A stretch of DNA of 64,000 nucleotides from an uncultured Spirochaetota bacterium (GTDB taxonomy: Bacteria; Spirochaetota; UBA4802; UBA5550), in assembly GCA_963827275.1 (NCBI GenBank), contig CAWHAA010000010.1:128001-192000 (forward strand), given 5' to 3'. The notes beneath the pieces are model-generated. The model was not told where the DNA came from and ran no database searches. It was given only the letters and a program-made list of their open reading frames with translations. A program made the translations under genes and the position numbers. Numbering within the stretch: the stretch's first letter is position 1; the number at the start of each line of letters is the position of its first letter. Positions 42,345 to 52,598 of the stretch are shown here, piece by piece.

Positions 42345-42346
42345 CG

Positions 42347-43429
42347 TCACCGCTTCATCGTATCGAGAAACTCATCGTAATTCACTTCGCTGATCGCGTC
42401 GATATCCAGGATCTCAAGGCCCACCTTGATAATGCCGTTTTCATTGAATATCGTATTCCGCACGATGACCCGCATGTTGACCCTGCTTGAATCGGGAAGC
42501 GTCAGCTCGAGTATGAGCCGGCCGTCCTTCATGAAATTGCGGAGCAGGCGCCGCTCCTTGAATACGATACCGAGTCCCTTTTTAGAGATGTCGTTGACGA
42601 TGAACTTTTCCTGCGCGGGGACGAAGAGTCGTTCTTTCATGACATACTCGTTGATCATGACGGCCAGCCTCTTCACCACGGTGAGATGACCGTCGTCAAC
42701 GGGCTTTGTATTATTGACCTGGATATAGCCGTAGGGGACCATGTTCTTGTATATGATCGGGACGGTCACCTCGGATATGAGCTCCTTGTGGCTGGAAAGC
42801 TTGTAGTCTTTCGAATAGATTTCACTCATGTAGAACTGTTTTTCCCTGCTCCCCTGGTCCGACTGGCTGCCCATGTCCCTGATGATGATCGGGCTCCAGG
42901 ATTCGATGAAACGCTTCATCCGCACATCGATCCTCGTCTCGTTGACAAACACCACCTTGATAAAGTCGAATTTCCCTTTAAGCTCCTGCGCGATCTTGTC
43001 CTTCATGATGGAGACTTTCTTTTCGTTCGAATCGAGCGCGCCCTGTATCATCTGCTCAGACATTATATTGCTGATATAGAGGACATTTTTCCCTCCGGAG
43101 GTGGCGAGGCTGGTGCGCTCTTCCTTCATTTTTTCAGATATTATCTGGAACTTTGTCGGCAGGAAAATGAAGTCACTCTCCGTATTTTCAAGGTACTTCA
43201 GGCTGGAGTAGATCGTGTTATCGCTGAGCCTCGTGAATACAACGATCGTGTCGGGCAGGCTCTTCACCCGGGGTATCCTGAACGCGACGTTGCCATTGCT
43301 GAAACCAAGGAACTGTACAAACAGGTCGCCGCTCTTGGTTTTCAGAAAGACCTCGCGCTTCGCGAAGAACTTCTTGAATATCTCCTCGAACTGGCCGGTG
43401 TCGGTGATGGTTTTTATCATTTCAGACAT
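42347..43429 (-). CDS. GAF/PilZ-like domain protein (resembles Leptospira DUF1577 proteins)
   Basis: GAF-like VPIIYK...GYIQV and PilZ-like DISKKGLG...KVGLE. Confidence 0.6.
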   Translation of the reverse strand: MSEMIKTITDTGQFEEIFKKFFAKREVFLKTKSGDLFVQFLGFSNGNVAFRIPRVKSLPDTIVVFTRLSDNTIYSSLKYLENTESDFIFLPTKFQIISEKMKEERTSLATSGGKNVLYISNIMSEQMIQGALDSNEKKVSIMKDKIAQELKGKFDFIKVVFVNETRIDVRMKRFIESWSPIIIRDMGSQSDQGSREKQFYMSEIYSKDYKLSSHKELISEVTVPIIYKNMVPYGYIQVNNTKPVDDGHLTVVKRLAVMINEYVMKERLFVPAQEKFIVNDISKKGLGIVFKERRLLRNFMKDGRLILELTLPDSSRVNMRVIVRNTIFNENGIIKVGLEILDIDAISEVNYDEFLDTMKR

Positions 43430-43435
43430 GGCGCC

Positions 43436-44117
43436 TTAACCCTCGATCCTTCCGTCGATGAGCGTGATGGTCTTCCCCGTGCGCGCCGCTATGTCGCGGT
43501 CATGGGTGACAATGACGATCGTGGTCCCCTCCTCGCGGCCAAGGTCGAGGAGCATGTCGGTCAGCATGCGCGAATTGGCCTGGTCCAGGTTGCCGGTCGG
43601 CTCGTCCGCGAGGAGAAGGTCCGGCTTGCCGATTATCGCCCGTGCGACGGCGACGCGCTGACATTCGCCGCCTGACATTTCCGTCGGCTTGTGGTGCGCC
43701 CGTTCGGAAAGGTTGAAGCGCTCCAGCAGGTGCAGCGCCCGCTCCTTCGCCTCCCGCCGTCCCGCCCGCCTGATCATAAGGGGTATCATGATGTTCTCGA
43801 GCGCGCTGAACTCCGGGAGCAGGTTGTGGAACTGGAAGATGAAGCCGACATGCCTGTTCCTGAACCCGGACAGGTCCTCGACGGACAGGTTGGCGATCTC
43901 CCTGCCCATCACCGAGAGGCTGCCCGCCTGGAAGGAATCAAGGCAGCCGACGAGGTTGAGGAGCGTGGACTTTCCCGCGCCGGAAGGGCCGACGATCGAT
44001 ATGATCTCGCCCTTCGCGATCTCAAGGGAGATGCCTTTCAGCACCCTGAGGGCGCTCCTCCCGATGCCGTACACCTTTTCAAGGCTGTTCGGCTTTTACA
44101 ATGACATTGTTCTCCAT
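43436..44117 (-). CDS. lolD: Lipoprotein-releasing ABC transporter ATPase, single +1 frameshift near 44089
   Basis: GPSGAGKST, FQFHNLL, MSGGE, DEPTGNLD; N-terminus MENNVIVKA is out of frame by one base. Confidence 0.88.
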
Positions 44118-44153
44118 TACCTCATCCTGCCGGCATCAATCCGGAAAGAATTT

Positions 44154-45506
44154 TCATTCGTACCGTATGGTCTCAACCGGCTGCAGGCGCGACGCGCTCC
44201 AGGCCGGGAATATGGCCGACACGGTGCAGAGAAAGACGGCCACGGTCGCGATGAACACGACCAGCTCGGGGTTTACCTCGGTGGGGATCCCCTCGATATA
44301 ATACACGTGGCTGGGCACCAGGCTGATCTTGTTGAACATGCCCAGGTTGAACAGGCTGTACAGGGAGCCCATCGCGGCGTTGACCGTGTCCTCGACCCAC
44401 CGTATGATCGCGTCAAGATTGAGCGAGGCGGCGACACCGCACACGACCCCCAGGAATGAGCCGATGATACCGATGAAGAACCCCTCGAGGATGAATATCA
44501 CCATGATGGAGTTCGGCTTCGCCCCCATCGACTTGAGTATGCCGACGGCCTTCCGCTTTTCCATGACCACCATCACCAGCGTACCCATGATGGTGAACCC
44601 CGCCGAGATGATCACCAGGAACAGTATGATCATCATGATGAGCTTTTCCAGCTTGAGGGCGTAGAAGAGGTTGCGGTTCTTTTCCTCCGCGGTCATCGTG
44701 AGGTACTGGTACCCCAGCGCCGCGGTGATCTGCTCGGATATCCTGGCGGTCTTCCACACGTCATGGATCTTCACGCCGACGCCCGAGACCGCATCGCCGA
44801 TATCGAAGAGGCGCTGCGCCTGGGGCATTGACATGATCACGAGCTTCGTGTCAAAATCATAGTATTCCGTCTTGAAGAAGCCGATCACCCGGAACCGCTC
44901 CAGGCTCGGGGTGAGCCCTGTCTTCGCGGTGAGGGCGCCCTTCGGCACGATCAGCTCGATATAATCGCCGATCAGGATATTGTAGTTCAGGGCCATCTCC
45001 TGGCCGACAAAAACCGATTTCGTCGCGAAAAATTCGGCGGCAATGCGGTCCGGCTCCTGCCCGGGGCCCTTTTTCTTCGCGGCATTCCGTTCCTTTATGA
45101 TGAACTTTGCGACATCGTCGGGTATGATGCCGTTGCGGCCGACGCCGCGGACCATCACCGGCGATATATTGGAAGAGAACCTGATCAGGCCCTGCGACAT
45201 GATATAGGGTTCGGCGCTCCGCACGCCGTCGATGGTGGCGATTTTTTTCAGCAGTTCCTCGTAGTTGCGTATGCCCAGGCCCTCGGCCGGACCGTACATG
45301 CTCTGCACGGAGATATGCGAATCCACGTCAAGGATCTTGTCCTTGATTGCCGCCTGGAACCCGTTCATGACCGACAGCACGACGATCAGGATAAACACCC
45401 CCAGGAACACGATCACGATAGAGAGAAAGGTGTTCGAGGAGACGATACCGCGGCTCTGCTTCGATTTCAGGTAGCGGAACCCTATGAATAATTCATACAA
45501 ACTCAT
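44154..45506 (-). CDS. Lipoprotein-releasing ABC transporter permease LolC/E
   Basis: RYL...LSVMNGF, AL.LEK, ILKSMGA, YYI..IP, P.ETIRYE. Confidence 0.92.
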   Translation of the reverse strand: MSLYELFIGFRYLKSKQSRGIVSSNTFLSIVIVFLGVFILIVVLSVMNGFQAAIKDKILDVDSHISVQSMYGPAEGLGIRNYEELLKKIATIDGVRSAEPYIMSQGLIRFSSNISPVMVRGVGRNGIIPDDVAKFIIKERNAAKKKGPGQEPDRIAAEFFATKSVFVGQEMALNYNILIGDYIELIVPKGALTAKTGLTPSLERFRVIGFFKTEYYDFDTKLVIMSMPQAQRLFDIGDAVSGVGVKIHDVWKTARISEQITAALGYQYLTMTAEEKNRNLFYALKLEKLIMMIILFLVIISAGFTIMGTLVMVVMEKRKAVGILKSMGAKPNSIMVIFILEGFFIGIIGSFLGVVCGVAASLNLDAIIRWVEDTVNAAMGSLYSLFNLGMFNKISLVPSHVYYIEGIPTEVNPELVVFIATVAVFLCTVSAIFPAWSASRLQPVETIRYE

Positions 45507-45524
45507 CGCGTCACTGTCGCTCCG

Positions 45525-45968
45525 TCAGCGTTCTATCCGTATAATCTTGCGGTTCCACATCAGCCAGCCCCGGTCCTGGCGGTCGCCGTCGGTGAAGCGG
45601 ATGAAGTCCACGTCCCCCCGCAGCAGCCGCACCGGCCTCCGGTCCTTTCTCCGTATCTCGTTGCATTCGAACTGGACGTTTCTCTTTATGTACGAGTTGC
45701 CGTGATGGTCTTTCAGCACGTTCTTCTCGTTCAGCTTCTCTACCTCGAGCACCATCAGGTCGGCATAGTAGGAGTCCCGGTACATTTCGCGGAACACGCC
45801 CTCGCTCTTCGGATACGCCTCGCAGGAAGCGTAGTCCGGGTAGTTGAAGGTTTCGATCGCCCGCGCCCACTTGCCGAAGATGAACTCAGGCGCGGTAAAT
45901 TTTTTCTCTTTCTTGCATGACACCACCAGCAGCGCCGGCACCAGCAATAACACAAGGTATCGTTTCAT
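45525..45968 (-). CDS. Hypothetical lipoprotein
   Basis: MKRYLVLLLVPALLVVSC lipobox. Confidence 0.75.
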   Translation of the reverse strand: MKRYLVLLLVPALLVVSCKKEKKFTAPEFIFGKWARAIETFNYPDYASCEAYPKSEGVFREMYRDSYYADLMVLEVEKLNEKNVLKDHHGNSYIKRNVQFECNEIRRKDRRPVRLLRGDVDFIRFTDGDRQDRGWLMWNRKIIRIER

Positions 45969-46002
45969 GAAAAACCTCAACATAGTATCGGGATAAATTT
46001 CG

Positions 46003-46575
46003 TCAAGACGGTTTTGTCCGCGCCCCGTCCTTTTCGCCGAAAACCTGCGCGGAAAATTTCTCTATCTTCGTCCCCTTCTGCTGCCACGCGGACGCGGGCA
46101 GGCCGGCCTTGTAGCAGGTGTTCGCCAGGAATTCGTCGAGGTCCCACCCCTGCTCGACGGGCACCTGGGGCAGCAGCAGGCCCGAGTTGAAGCCGCGCGA
46201 TATGATGACCCCGTCCCTCCCGACCTTGATGTCCCGCACGTCGCCCACCGTTTCTATCGGCGACAGGACCGATATTTCTATATCGATCGACGGGTATTCA
46301 TCCTTTCGCAGGGGCGGGAAGCGCGGGTCCTTGAACGCCGACGCCTTCGCCATGTCGACAACGGTGTCCCTGAGCGGCTTGATCCCCTGTATATACCCGA
46401 TGCATCCCCGCAGGCGGCCGTTGATATGGAGCGTCACGAAGGCGCCGCATTTTTCACTGAATAGTTCATCTCCGAGGTCCGGCGACGGTCCGCCCTGCAC
46501 GCCGAGCGAATCCGCGATGGTGTTCCTGGCGAGCCTCAGCAGCGCGTCCTGCTGATCTTTCGTTAGATCTTTCAT
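46003..46575 (-). CDS. amrA: AMMECR1 domain protein (AmmeMemoRadiSam protein A)
   Basis: GAFVTL, LRGCIG, DPRF, EISVL, GLLLPQV, KAGL. Confidence 0.93.
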   Translation of the reverse strand: MKDLTKDQQDALLRLARNTIADSLGVQGGPSPDLGDELFSEKCGAFVTLHINGRLRGCIGYIQGIKPLRDTVVDMAKASAFKDPRFPPLRKDEYPSIDIEISVLSPIETVGDVRDIKVGRDGVIISRGFNSGLLLPQVPVEQGWDLDEFLANTCYKAGLPASAWQQKGTKIEKFSAQVFGEKDGARTKPS

Positions 46576-46775
46576 GTCGCCCTCCGCCCATAAGGATTGT
46601 TTCACGCCACAGGCACGGCCGCGGACCTGATTTAAAAAAGTATATCATTATTGACCGCAATGCCGGTCATGTCAATAATAAACTATAAACGGAGTCACGC
46701 CGCATAGATCGAAAAAAGAATTGATTTTTTATCTCCGAAAATGTTACGTATTATTCCATAGAATTCAAGTTTATT

Positions 46776-47675
46776 ATGGAACAGACAGGGATGAACACTC
46801 TACCGGACGCCCGTTTTCTGCCGCGGATATCACCGTCATTGATCGTTTCAATCGCGATCTGTATTGCCGGGTGCGCCGGTGAAACGCGCACGCAGGCCGC
46901 TGCCCCGGCGCCCGGCCCGGCGCGCATCACCTACTATTCCGATGCACGGGGTGTGTTTACCCTGACCCCGCCTCCAGAAAGGACAGGGCACACGCTGACC
47001 CTGTGGGGTTCGTGCTCCCTCCCCGAAATCATTCTCCAGGTCAGCAAAAAGGGCCCCGGTCTTCCCGCCAGGAACGCGGCGCACCGGACAGGCGGCAGGC
47101 CCGGGTTCTCGGTCACCTATCTGCTGAAAGACGGTGCAGGGGACTACGAGGTCGTTATATACGGGAAAAGAACACTCACCAGCCGCACCCTTGCGGGACT
47201 CTGTTCCTTTTCGGTCCGGTCGATGCGCGACATGCCGGCGAATACCAGGGGACTGTATATCAACGACAGGGTCCTCGCCTTCGTCGACAGGGTGATGGGA
47301 AAGACCGTCGGCGGCGGCGAATGCTGGGACCTGGCGCAGGAAGCGCTCGACAGCAGCGGTGCCGACTGGGTCCGTCCCTTCGGCTTCGGAAAGCACCTCG
47401 ACCCGGAACGTGACCGTGTCACCGCCGGCGACATCATACAGTTCAGATCGGTGCGGCTCAGGACGGCGCTTCCCGGCGGCGGCGTCATGTCCCAGAACAT
47501 CGGAGAGCCGGACCATACGGCGATCATCACCGGCGTCGAGGGAGATAACGTTTACAGGCTGGCGCAGCAGAATTCCGGCGGGAAGCGGTATGTGGCGGAG
47601 TCAACCGTTGACCTGAACAGGATAACGTCGGGAAGCTACAGGATATACCGGCCGGTCGCCGGCATACTGCAATAG
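46776..47675 (+). CDS. Lipoprotein with C-terminal papain/CHAP-like domain
   Basis: Lipobox IAGC; VGGGECWDLA, GDIIQF, HTAII, QQN. Confidence 0.65.
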   Translation: MEQTGMNTLPDARFLPRISPSLIVSIAICIAGCAGETRTQAAAPAPGPARITYYSDARGVFTLTPPPERTGHTLTLWGSCSLPEIILQVSKKGPGLPARNAAHRTGGRPGFSVTYLLKDGAGDYEVVIYGKRTLTSRTLAGLCSFSVRSMRDMPANTRGLYINDRVLAFVDRVMGKTVGGGECWDLAQEALDSSGADWVRPFGFGKHLDPERDRVTAGDIIQFRSVRLRTALPGGGVMSQNIGEPDHTAIITGVEGDNVYRLAQQNSGGKRYVAESTVDLNRITSGSYRIYRPVAGILQ

Positions 47676-47683
47676 TCAGGACG

Positions 47684-48502
47684 CTACTTTACGAACGCGG
47701 CCGCAAGGTAGCCTACCACCTGGTCCTTTCCCCCGGCCGTATCGCCGGAATTCATGTACTTGAGCAGTTCGACCCTCTTCGCCCCGAGCGATCGGCACAG
47801 GAACATGCCGGCCAGGACCGGCCCCTCCCCGCAGGCCTCGGCCGTGCCCGTCGAGAGGACCTCCGATACCTTCGAAGGGTCGAAGGTTCCCAGCGCGTCC
47901 ATGAAGCGCCCGTCCATGGCCTTTGCCTGCTCGTAGGAATGGTAATGGGAAAGATCGGTGGACATGATGATGACGGTCTTCCTCTTTTCCCCGGCAAGCG
48001 CCTGCCCGATGCCCTCCGCGATCCCGCGGCAGACTTCCAGGTCGACACTGCCGACGATGAGCGGCACGATGGTGAAATCATCGAGCACTTTCTGCAGAAA
48101 GGGCACCTGCACCTCGAGCGAGTGCTCGAGCTCGTGGGCCTCCTTGAGGGGGGCGAAATACTTTTTATCCTTCAGCCTGCCGCCGATCTCGTCGTCGATG
48201 CGCACGTCCCCGAGCGGCGTTTCATAGATCCCTTCAGGAAGGAGGGCCGCCCCGTTGAACCTGGCACGGTGCGATGGCGCGAGCACCACCGCGCACCGTA
48301 CCGCGGGATCAACCAGGCGGTAGGAATAGGCCGCGACCGGCCCCGAATAGACATACCCGGCATGCGGCGACACGAGCCCGACCACCTCGCCCGCGGCCGC
48401 GCCGGCGTTCGCTTCACCGAGATAGGAATCGATCATCTCCCCGAGGCGCAGGGGGTTTGAGGGATAAAAGGACCCCGCCACTGCCGGCTTTCTTCGAAAC
48501 AT
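47684..48502 (-). CDS. amrB: MEMO1 family protein (AmmeMemoRadiSam protein B)
   Basis: AVAGSFYP, PHAGYVYSG, EHSLEVQ.PFL, STDLSHY, ACG, VVGY. Confidence 0.93.
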   Translation of the reverse strand: MFRRKPAVAGSFYPSNPLRLGEMIDSYLGEANAGAAAGEVVGLVSPHAGYVYSGPVAAYSYRLVDPAVRCAVVLAPSHRARFNGAALLPEGIYETPLGDVRIDDEIGGRLKDKKYFAPLKEAHELEHSLEVQVPFLQKVLDDFTIVPLIVGSVDLEVCRGIAEGIGQALAGEKRKTVIIMSTDLSHYHSYEQAKAMDGRFMDALGTFDPSKVSEVLSTGTAEACGEGPVLAGMFLCRSLGAKRVELLKYMNSGDTAGGKDQVVGYLAAAFVK

Positions 48503-48515
48503 GGCGCACCTCCCG

Positions 48516-49202
48516 TCAATAGGATATCAGGTACCGGGGCAGCCGCGACTCGACCTCGTCCAGTATCCGGGCCGCGGCCTCCTGTTTGGAGACAAGCGGA
48601 AGCTCCTTCCTCATGCCGTCCTTCGCGAAAATAGTCAGGATGTTCGTGTCCGACCCGAAGCCCGCGCCCTTCCTGGACACGTCGTTCAGGCATATCATGT
48701 CCAGGCTTTTTTCCGCGAGCTTTTTCAGGGCGTACTGCTCGATGTCGTTGGTCTCCGCGGCGAAACCGACAACGAAAAGGTTGTTGATGCGGCCTTCCCG
48801 CTTCATCGCGGCGACCACCTTGAGTATGTCGGGGGTCTTTGCCAGCTCGAGGGTCATGTTCTTATCGGACTTTTTTATCTTGCGGTCGGACTTTTTCACC
48901 GGGGAGTAATCCGCCGGCGCCGCCGCCATGATGAGCACCGCGTTCTCTTCGAGCTCCCCGGAGACGGCGGCGAGCATGTCCGCGGTGGTCTCCACCGCCA
49001 CGCACCGGTACGGCGCCGCGGCGGTCAGGGAAGGGTCGACGGGACCGTGGATGAACACCGTCTCTCGCGCCCTGCGCGAGCACTCGCCGGCGAGGGCCGC
49101 TCCCATCTTGCCGGTGGAGGGGTTTGATATGAACCGGACGGGATCGATCCACTCGCGCGTGGGGCCCCCCGTTACGATCGCTTTCCTGCTATTCAATTGC
49201 AT
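48516..49202 (-). CDS. coaB: Phosphopantothenate--cysteine ligase
   Basis: TGGPTRE.IDPVRFISN.STGKMG, AA.ADY, VGFAAET. Confidence 0.92.
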   Translation of the reverse strand: MQLNSRKAIVTGGPTREWIDPVRFISNPSTGKMGAALAGECSRRARETVFIHGPVDPSLTAAAPYRCVAVETTADMLAAVSGELEENAVLIMAAAPADYSPVKKSDRKIKKSDKNMTLELAKTPDILKVVAAMKREGRINNLFVVGFAAETNDIEQYALKKLAEKSLDMICLNDVSRKGAGFGSDTNILTIFAKDGMRKELPLVSKQEAAARILDEVESRLPRYLISY

Positions 49203-49719
49203 TGACGGCCGCCGCGTAGATGTCATTTATATCGGCGAGCTTACCGAGCCCCTCGTCGCCGCACACCGCCTCTCCCATGGCGGGCTCGACGAATTCGATG
49301 CCCCAGTACTTCAGCGTCCTGATGTTCCGGTGCACCGCGGGATGGGCGTACATGTTCGGGTTCATCGCGGGGGCGATGATGATCGGGCAGGTAACGGTCA
49401 GGAAGGTCGTGGTCACGAGGTCGTCCGCGATGCCGTTGGCGAATTTCCCTATGATATTGGCGGTCGCGGGCGCCACCAGGAAGAGCGAGGCGTCGGTCTT
49501 GAGCTCGATATGCCCCATCTCCCGCCGGTCGCGAGAATACTGCTCGGTATAGACCGGGTTGCCGGACAGGGTCTCGAGCGTGAGCGGCGACACCAGGTGC
49601 AGCGCGTTTTCAGTCGTCACCACGTGGACCGAATACCCGCCCTTCACGAACAGCCGTATCAGGTCATAGGCCTTGTACGCCGCGATGGAGGACGATATGC
49701 CGAGAATTATCTTTTTCAT
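49189..49719 (-). CDS. coaC: Phosphopantothenoylcysteine decarboxylase
   Basis: SIAAYK, HI, APATAN.I.K.A.GIAD, PAMN..M, CG..G.G. Confidence 0.92.
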   Translation of the reverse strand: MKKIILGISSSIAAYKAYDLIRLFVKGGYSVHVVTTENALHLVSPLTLETLSGNPVYTEQYSRDRREMGHIELKTDASLFLVAPATANIIGKFANGIADDLVTTTFLTVTCPIIIAPAMNPNMYAHPAVHRNIRTLKYWGIEFVEPAMGEAVCGDEGLGKLADINDIYAAAVNAIE

Positions 49720-49735
49720 GAATGCTCCCCGCCTT

Positions 49736-51535
49736 TTATTCCGCTTCCTGCGCCGCATCCCGCACCGAGAGGGCCCCCTGCTGCCGTCTGAACATCTTTT
49801 CGATGTCCGCTTTTTCCAGCTTGTACACGAACGGCCTGCCGTGCGGGCAGCGCATCCCGTGCTTTCCGCTGAATATTTTCTCCACCAGCGTTTCCATGTC
49901 GGCCCGCGACATGCTGTCCCCGGCGCGCTTTGCCGCGTGGCAGGCCACCGTTGCCGCGACCGCCTCGAGCGTGCCCGGCGACCGCCCCTCGCCGCGCACT
50001 GACGCCAGAAAATCATCGATCAACCCGGCAGGGTCAGCGCCGCGCGCGATCTCGGGAATGGCGGATATACTCAATGAATGGTCAGAAAAATCCTCAATGT
50101 CAAATCCTATTTGAGAAAAATTTTCAATATTTTCCATGACCAGGGCATGGTCCTGGATTGAAAGCTCCTTCACCAGCGGGAAGGCAAGGCGCTGGCTTGC
50201 GAATTGAACGCCCCTCTCAAGGAGCGCATCGTAGAGCACCCGCTCATGGGCCGCGTGGAAATCTATGAAGTAGAGAAATTCCCCTTTTTCAAGGAGTATG
50301 TACGTATCGAAGGCAAGGCCAATAATGCGCGCTGCGCCGCCCGCTTCAACGTCACGGTAGAGCACCGCCACATCCCGGAGATATGCCGGGGACGGCGCTG
50401 AAAGGTCAGGCGCGTGCGCCGCGAAGGGCGCGCGCGCATCGATGCCGGGAAGCCCCGCCCCCGCTCCCGGTAACGGTGGCGGCCCGCCCGGCGCCGCCGG
50501 CCCGCCGTCCTGCATGCCGGCCGGGACCAGCAGCCCGCCGTCCACCCGGTGCTCCCTGCCTGTCGCCTTCTCGGCGAGGGACAGGACCAGGCGGTCGATA
50601 TAGCGGCCGTCGAAGAGCTTCACTTCCTTTTTTGCGGGATGGATATTCACGTCCACCAGCCCCGGGTCGATATCGATGAAGATGATACCCGCAGGGTGCT
50701 TGCCGCGGCCGGCGACCGCCTCGTAGGCCTTTGAAAGGAGGAACCCGAGATAGCGGTATTCCACCGGCCGCATGTTCACGTACATGAACTGCATGGAGCG
50801 CGACGACTTGAGGTAATGGGGGCGCGACAGGAAGCCGGAAACCGATACCTTGAGATCATGGAGCGTTTCATGGTACAGGTCGTTCATGATGCCGCTTCCG
50901 TACACCTGCGCGAGGCGCTCATCGATCGTCGCCGCCCGGGGAAGCGTTACCTGCCGGGTGTCGTCCACATCCAGGGAAAACGCGATTTCGGGATGGGGAA
51001 TGGCGGTCTTTATGAGGACTTCCCGTATCAGGCGCAGCTCGGTGCGGGCGGACTTGAGGAACTTCTTGCGCGCCGGCACATTGTAAAACAGGTTTTCGAC
51101 AATCACCGCGGTGCCGGCAGGCCCGTTGAAGTCGGCGACCTGCACGTTCCCGTCAGACGCGGTGAGCCGGCCGCCGGTCTCTTCTTCCGCGCGCCGCGAG
51201 AGGATGGCAAGCCGCGAAACCGAGGATATGCTTGAGAGGGCCTCGCCGCGGAACCCGTACGAGCTGATGCGCTCTATGTCATGGATGTCTTCAATCTTGC
51301 TGGTGGCGTGCTCCGCCACGGCGAGGGCGATATCATCGCGGTACATGCCCCGGCCGTCGTCGCGCACCGCTATTTTTTTCAGGCCCCCTTCGGCCACCTG
51401 CACGTCGATCCGCCCCGCGCCGGCGTCGATCGAGTTTTCCACAAGCTCCTTGACCACCGAAAACGGGCCTTCCACCACCTCGCCCGCCGCGATCTTCTTC
51501 TTGACGATGTCGGGTAATACCCTGATCCGTTCCAA
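49736..51535 (-). CDS. mutL: DNA mismatch repair protein MutL
   Basis: KIAAGEVVE, HATSKI, GFRGEAL, DVNIHP.K, D.HAAHER, CPHGRP; TTG start inferred. Confidence 0.96.
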   Translation of the reverse strand: MERIRVLPDIVKKKIAAGEVVEGPFSVVKELVENSIDAGAGRIDVQVAEGGLKKIAVRDDGRGMYRDDIALAVAEHATSKIEDIHDIERISSYGFRGEALSSISSVSRLAILSRRAEEETGGRLTASDGNVQVADFNGPAGTAVIVENLFYNVPARKKFLKSARTELRLIREVLIKTAIPHPEIAFSLDVDDTRQVTLPRAATIDERLAQVYGSGIMNDLYHETLHDLKVSVSGFLSRPHYLKSSRSMQFMYVNMRPVEYRYLGFLLSKAYEAVAGRGKHPAGIIFIDIDPGLVDVNIHPAKKEVKLFDGRYIDRLVLSLAEKATGREHRVDGGLLVPAGMQDGGPAAPGGPPPLPGAGAGLPGIDARAPFAAHAPDLSAPSPAYLRDVAVLYRDVEAGGAARIIGLAFDTYILLEKGEFLYFIDFHAAHERVLYDALLERGVQFASQRLAFPLVKELSIQDHALVMENIENFSQIGFDIEDFSDHSLSISAIPEIARGADPAGLIDDFLASVRGEGRSPGTLEAVAATVACHAAKRAGDSMSRADMETLVEKIFSGKHGMRCPHGRPFVYKLEKADIEKMFRRQQGALSVRDAAQEAE

Positions 51536-51543
51536 ACCGGCAC

Positions 51544-52305
51544 CTACATGGCCGCTTTCAGGCATCGCACCATCTCGGGCAGCGTTTTGCCCGCCATGCC
51601 CTGGATGAATATGTCCGTCGCAAAATTCGTGAGGGCCGTCCGCTCGGTGTTGAATTCGATGATGACCGCCCTGTTCTGCTTGGCGACGAGCGGGATGTTC
51701 GCGGCCGGATAGACCACGGCCGAGGTGCCGACGACCAGGACCACGTCGGCCTTCCGCGCCGCGTCCAGTGAAACGACCGTGGCCTCTTCCGGTATCAGCT
51801 CGCCGAAAAGGACGACCGCGGGCTTCAGGATATCACCGCACTTCCTGCATACCGGCGGGATCTTTTTTTGAATGAGGGCTGCCGCATCGAATTCGTTTTT
51901 GTCATAGTCGGCGCCGCAGTGGAGGCATTCGAGCCGGCTCACGTTCCCGTGGTATTCTATCACGTTGGCGCTCCCCGCCTCCTGGTGAAGGTTGTCGATG
52001 TTCTGGGTGATGATGCAGCGGAGGATGTTCATCTTCTCAAGCTCGGCCAGGGCGGCATGGCCTGCATTGTACCGTGCGTTCACGGTGATGTCCACCATGT
52101 CGAAGAGCATCCGCCACACCTTTCCCGGGTCAGAACGAAACGCCTCGATGGTGGCGTACTCGGCGGGATTGTACTTTTCCCACAGGCCACCGGCGCTCCT
52201 GAAGTCCGGGATGCCGCTTTCAGTTGAAATGCCGGCGCCGGTAAGGGCTATCACGTACCCCGCATTCAGGATCTTCTCAACCGCCCTGTCCATTTCCCTG
52301 TCCAT
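51544..52305 (-). CDS. cobB: NAD-dependent deacylase (sirtuin)
   Basis: TGAGISTESGIPDFR, TQNID.LH, HG, two CxxC, GTS..VYPA. Confidence 0.94.
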   Translation of the reverse strand: MDREMDRAVEKILNAGYVIALTGAGISTESGIPDFRSAGGLWEKYNPAEYATIEAFRSDPGKVWRMLFDMVDITVNARYNAGHAALAELEKMNILRCIITQNIDNLHQEAGSANVIEYHGNVSRLECLHCGADYDKNEFDAAALIQKKIPPVCRKCGDILKPAVVLFGELIPEEATVVSLDAARKADVVLVVGTSAVVYPAANIPLVAKQNRAVIIEFNTERTALTNFATDIFIQGMAGKTLPEMVRCLKAAM

Positions 52306-52598
52306 TGAGACGCTCCACCATGATAATCGGCAGACCGCCGGAATATCCGCCGATGCCCGTATTGACAAATCACGGGGAAACAAATTGGATTTGTCAAGAA
52401 ATTATATCTTGACATCAGAATTCCCTGTCAGCTATAGAAGTAATTGTACCGGATGCGGCGGCCCGCGACATCTGCTATTTTCAACATGAGATCAGTCCGC
52501 GTTAGCAATCATTGAATGCGTTGAGATCGGGCAACATCCTTCGGCGCGCGCGTGCACGCCTTCTCCGGCCGGGACGAATTCCAATGGAGGGAGGTCCT

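Noticed and set aside
48516..49719. Split coaC/coaB as a possible frameshifted coaBC
   Set aside because: coaB has its own ATG at the domain boundary overlapping the coaC end; separate genes are a known arrangement
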